This document shows, one piece after another, positions 60,450 to 64,000 of a DNA stretch of 64,000 bases. Under the pieces are notes generated by a model. That model was not told the origin of the DNA. It made no database searches and saw nothing but the letters and a program-made list of their open reading frames with translations. The translations under genes and the position numbers were made by a program. The DNA comes from Bacteroidales bacterium (lineage in GTDB: Bacteria > Bacteroidota > Bacteroidia > Bacteroidales > VadinHA17), in contig JANTGF010000012.1 of NCBI GenBank assembly GCA_024763075.1, positions 8,093 to 72,092 on the forward strand, read 5' to 3'. The stretch's first letter is position 1. Every line of letters begins with the position of its first letter.

Positions 60450-60589
60450 GGCAGAAGTAAAAAGTAAAAAGGCAGAAGAAAGGATGAAGAATGAGCGATG
60501 AAGGATGAACGATGAAGGATGAGCGATGAAGGATGAACGATGAACGATAATTCGGTTGTCATTAAATGGTAATTAATGGTCATTGAATG
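60450..60589. repeat. Composite satellite: GGCAGAAG x2, a 14-bp tandem GATGAAGGATGA(A/G)C x4.5 (60483..60545), then ATTAATGGT/CATTGAATG x3 (60558..60589)
   Basis: Read directly from the sequence. Word 1 is in the opposite orientation to 55618..55736, and word 3 is the same family as 58494..58633. Confidence 0.75.
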
Positions 60590-61285
60590 TTCTTCTTTTT
60601 TGCCAAACTGATAATATATCTTCAGCGAAGCTTAATCCCGAAACGATCAAAATTTCTTTTAAATTTTGCAATTGTTTCTCCCACCGGGACTGCTTTGGAG
60701 GAGGATGCTCTCCCCAGGGGATCCCTTTTGGGAGAAAATCTAAACAAATCACCCTTCGATAAACTCAGGATAAAAAGATTTGAAGATTTTCGGCATGACA
60801 TTTTTATCAAATCAACGCAACCTTTTTACCTGAAACTTCATCTCTCATTAGTGTATAGGTGAGTTCTTTGTTTAGAATGAAACTATTTTAGAGTTTGCTA
60901 AATTTTTAATATTTGCATATAACTAACTGGTAATCAATATTTTGTTGTTTTTTATGCCTTTTAGAATAATTTAGATGATTCGCAAATTCTTTTTACTTTT
61001 TGCATAATAATTCAAATTTGCATTAATTTAGCGTTTTTTAACCCAGGAACCCTTTAAATACAACCTAACTGACAATTTATGAGAAAGTACAACCATCTTT
61101 TTTTAAACAGTTAATATTTTAGTTTTTGAATTTATTAAACTAAGGTTTTTTACCTGGTTTAGTATGTATATTATATAATGTATGCTTCCGTTCTCAATAC
61201 TGCAACAAGCAGGTGTTTATTAAAATGAATTTATCATCTAATGTCAAATTAGTATTTATTAATTAACCATTAAAATTTATTTCTT

Positions 61286-64000
61286 ATGAAGAAACCGTTA
61301 GCTTTATTTGCATTGTTTGTGTTTTTAGGAGTTCAGCTCTTTGCACAAACGAATGTTATTACCGGTACGGTTACCAGTGCTGACGATGGTACACCAATAC
61401 CCGGTGCTGCTATTGTAGTGGCTGGTACAACAGTTGGAACTGTTACCGATGCCGATGGAAAGTTTTCACTCGCTGTTCCATCAGATGCTAAAACCATTGA
61501 AGTCAAATTTGTGGGTATGAAAACCGTACAAATTGAATTGTCAGGACAAACCAGCATCGAAGTAAGTATGGAAATGGACACATTGGGTCTCGAAGAAGTC
61601 GTTGTTTCCGGACTGGGTGTTTCCAGGCAAAAGAAGGCCCTGGGTTATTCCGTACAGGATGTAAGTGGCGATGAAATTGAAACTGCCCGTGAACAGAATA
61701 TTGTAAATTCCCTTCAGGGGAAAATGGCCGGTGTTCAGATTACCTCTGCTTCCGGAAACGTTAGTGCCGGTTCAAGGATCATCGTTCGTGGTATGAGTAC
61801 ACTTACCGGAAACAACATGCCCTTGTTTGTTGTGGATGGAGTACCCATTTTGAATTCTTATTCAAGTGGTGGAGCCTATAGTGGAACTGACTATGGGAAT
61901 TCATCCATGGATCTGAACCCTTCTGATATTGAAAGTATTTCCATTCTAAAGGGTGCAAATGCTGCTGCACTATATGGTTCAAGAGCCGTAAATGGTGTGG
62001 TAATGGTTACCACCAAAAGCGGAAAACTTAAGGCCGGAGCGAAAAAGGGACTCGGTGTTACTTTTGAATCAAACTGGATGTGGAGCAATCCGCTTAAGCT
62101 GCCCAATTATCAAAATCTTTACGGACAAGGTTCCGGTGGGGAATTTGAATACGTAGATGGTAATTATGGTGGTGTAAACGATGGTGTTGACGAAAGTTGG
62201 GGCCCCCGTCTTGACGGACGTTTAATTCCTCAGTTTGACAGCCCTTACGATCCTGTTACCGACGTTCGTACTCCAACTCCCTGGATTGCACATCCAAACA
62301 ACGTGAAGGATGTTTTTGAAACCGGTCTTACGGCAACTAATAACCTTACATTGAGTGGTGCGGATGAAAAAGCTAACTTCAGACTTTCATTGGGTAATCA
62401 GAATGTAAAAGGTTTTGTTCCCAATACCGACCTGAAAAAAACGAACGTTAGTTTTGCAGCTGGTTTAAATGTAACTTCCAAGTTCAGGGTGAATGCTTCT
62501 GCCAATTATATCAATAATAAGAGTGACAACATTATGTCCGGTGGTTATACCAGTGCAGGCATCCTGCAAAGTTTGAGTCAGTGGTTTGGCCGCCAGGTGG
62601 ATACGCAAGTACTGAAAGAAAAATGGAATACCATTGATCCGAAAACAGGTGAACCTTTTAACTGGAATCATAGTTATCACGACAATCCTTACTGGGTATT
62701 GAATAAAAATACTAACTCCAGAGATCGTAACAGGATTATCGGTAACGTGAACTTTAAATATGACTTTACCTCTTACTTAAGCTGGGATGGAATGGTTGGA
62801 AACGATTATTATACCGAAAAAGTCAAAGAAGTGCGGGCCATGGGTTCAAATGACTGGCCTAAAGGCCGTTTTAGTTCCTATTTAAGTACACGTAATCAGT
62901 TGATCGCCAGAACTAAATTGAATTTTAACAAGGTTTTTGGAGATTTAAGTGTAGTTGCCAGTTTAGGAGCGGAATATAACCGTTACAACTATCATAGCAA
63001 CAATACTTATGTAAGTGAGTTGATCATTCCTGACCTTTATGCTGTAAGTAATGCAGGTGTGGCAGCTACCACGGGTATGTCTGAAACACATACAGAGTTG
63101 CAAAGTGCTTTTGGAATGGTAAATCTGGGTTTCAGAAACTGGTTGTTCCTGGATCTCACAGGTAGGAATGACTGGTCTTCTACTTTACCGGTAGAGAATA
63201 ATTCCTATTTTTATCCTTCAGCATCTTTGGGTTTTGTACTAACCGAAGCACTGGGAATGCAATCCAAAGCCTTATCTTATTTGAAACTAAGAGCCAGTTA
63301 TGCTGAGGTTGGTGGAACGGCAGGAGCATATCAGTTGCAGGGTACTTACAGCGCAAGTGATCCATTTAACGGAAATCCTTCACTTACCTACACCAATACA
63401 TTGCCTCCTCTGAGCCTTTTACCGCAAAGAAAAAAGTCTGTTGAATTTGGTGCTGAGATGAAATTTATCAACAACAGGATTCGTCTGGACGGTACCTATT
63501 ATAAAGAAAATACTACCAATCAGATTATGAGTATTGCTATTTCCAGAATGTCAGGGTTTAGTACTCAGAAAATCAATGCCGGTAATATTCAGAACTCCGG
63601 AGTTGAATTAACTCTTGGAATAACACCAGTACAGGGTTCTAAATTCACCTGGGATATTATTGCCAACTGGGCCACCAATAAAAACAAGGTAGTGGAACTT
63701 TATGGCGACATGAAAGACCTCTATTTGTACAACGGTTCATGGGGCGCCCGTGTTTATGCCCGCTTGGGAGAGCCTTACGGACAGATGATGGCTACCGATG
63801 TAGTAAAAGAAAATGCGGTGATCCATTATAAAGATGAGGATGAAACCATTGTTGATTATGTGGAATATTCGGGAAGACCTGTGGTTAGTACTTCAGGAAA
63901 TTATATTGCAACGCCACAAAGAACCTTGGTTGGGAATGTTACTCCTGATTATTTTGGGGGTGTGAATAACGTATTTACCCTGGGGAACCTGAACTTCAGT
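61286..64000 (+). CDS. SusC/RagA-family TonB-dependent outer-membrane receptor, N-terminal 905 codons (continues past the window end)
   Basis: Absent from the ORF track because it runs off the edge. The frame stays open from ATG 61286 to 64000. It encodes MKKPLALFALFVFLGVQLFAQ + TGTVTSADDGTPIPGAAIVVAGTTVGTVTDADGKFSL (CarboxypepD_reg), then a plug domain (EEVVVSGLGVSRQKKALGYSVQ; IRGMSTLTGNNMPLFVVDGVPI; ISILKGANAAALYGSRAVNGVVMVTTKSG). Confidence 0.85.
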   Translation, partial: MKKPLALFALFVFLGVQLFAQTNVITGTVTSADDGTPIPGAAIVVAGTTVGTVTDADGKFSLAVPSDAKTIEVKFVGMKTVQIELSGQTSIEVSMEMDTLGLEEVVVSGLGVSRQKKALGYSVQDVSGDEIETAREQNIVNSLQGKMAGVQITSASGNVSAGSRIIVRGMSTLTGNNMPLFVVDGVPILNSYSSGGAYSGTDYGNSSMDLNPSDIESISILKGANAAALYGSRAVNGVVMVTTKSGKLKAGAKKGLGVTFESNWMWSNPLKLPNYQNLYGQGSGGEFEYVDGNYGGVNDGVDESWGPRLDGRLIPQFDSPYDPVTDVRTPTPWIAHPNNVKDVFETGLTATNNLTLSGADEKANFRLSLGNQNVKGFVPNTDLKKTNVSFAAGLNVTSKFRVNASANYINNKSDNIMSGGYTSAGILQSLSQWFGRQVDTQVLKEKWNTIDPKTGEPFNWNHSYHDNPYWVLNKNTNSRDRNRIIGNVNFKYDFTSYLSWDGMVGNDYYTEKVKEVRAMGSNDWPKGRFSSYLSTRNQLIARTKLNFNKVFGDLSVVASLGAEYNRYNYHSNNTYVSELIIPDLYAVSNAGVAATTGMSETHTELQSAFGMVNLGFRNWLFLDLTGRNDWSSTLPVENNSYFYPSASLGFVLTEALGMQSKALSYLKLRASYAEVGGTAGAYQLQGTYSASDPFNGNPSLTYTNTLPPLSLLPQRKKSVEFGAEMKFINNRIRLDGTYYKENTTNQIMSIAISRMSGFSTQKINAGNIQNSGVELTLGITPVQGSKFTWDIIANWATNKNKVVELYGDMKDLYLYNGSWGARVYARLGEPYGQMMATDVVKENAVIHYKDEDETIVDYVEYSGRPVVSTSGNYIATPQRTLVGNVTPDYFGGVNNVFTLGNLNFS

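Noticed and set aside
58494-60589. Possible CRISPR arrays, considered because of the regular tandem repeats
   Set aside because: The repeat periods are only 7-14 bp with no unique spacers, and no cas genes are nearby. These are satellites, not CRISPR.
60326-60862. 85-aa minus-strand ORF (60326..60583) and 91-aa plus-strand ORF (60587..60862)
   Set aside because: The first overlaps the ftcD 3' end and then translates the tandem satellites (HPSSLILHRSSFIAHSSSF). The second runs through repeat-derived and AT-rich spacer. Neither has a plausible start context.

Overview
The window looks like a chromosomal segment of a low-GC Bacteroidota genome. Supporting this are a T9SS C-terminal sorting domain, a SusC-type receptor, the Bat operon, DUF5686 and DUF4835 genes, and TAnnTTTG -7 promoter boxes. 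I found no rRNA, tRNA, CRISPR array, transposase or integrase.

Gene content, left to right:
- 1-6782 (minus strand): a propeller/Y_Y_Y histidine kinase, a LuxR-type response regulator, a 750-aa T9SS-secreted repeat protein, and a second secreted repeat protein cut by the window edge. An identical 24-bp palindrome-bearing motif sits upstream of the regulator and of the truncated gene.
- 7.2-17.2 kb: a CBM+GH84-like enzyme, a DUF5686 outer-membrane protein, a TPR protein, a DUF368 protein, aroE, and a thioredoxin-fold protein.
- 17.6-22.4 kb: a mosaic of small genes. These are DUF5320 (with an unusually strong Shine-Dalgarno), ppnP, a SAM methyltransferase, DUF59, a free-standing archaeal-type ThrRS editing-domain homologue next to trmO, and an SQR-like flavoprotein followed by an untracked 52-aa membrane ORF.
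- truA, then the complete Bat aerotolerance operon (MoxR, DUF58, membrane protein, BatA-E) with one extra small secreted gene inserted.
- 33.7-45.2 kb (minus strand): a glycan-degradation block of GH2, sulfatase, GH2, GH92 and GT2.
- 45.5-55.6 kb: housekeeping genes trxB, an alpha-oxoamine synthase, bamD, rpoZ, coaBC, DUF4835, recN, fabI and a DUF819 protein.
- 55.7-60.4 kb: an outer-membrane barrel gene, hutI and ftcD, bracketed and separated by three families of short tandem 'word' satellites.
- 61286 to the window end: a SusC-like TonB-dependent receptor.

I recognise no defence or mobile system. The most interesting items are the ThrRS-editing-domain/TrmO pair, the shared operator-like motif, the Shine-Dalgarno-bearing DUF5320 gene, the modified Bat operon and the satellites. 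All family calls come from motif recognition by eye, not from searches.
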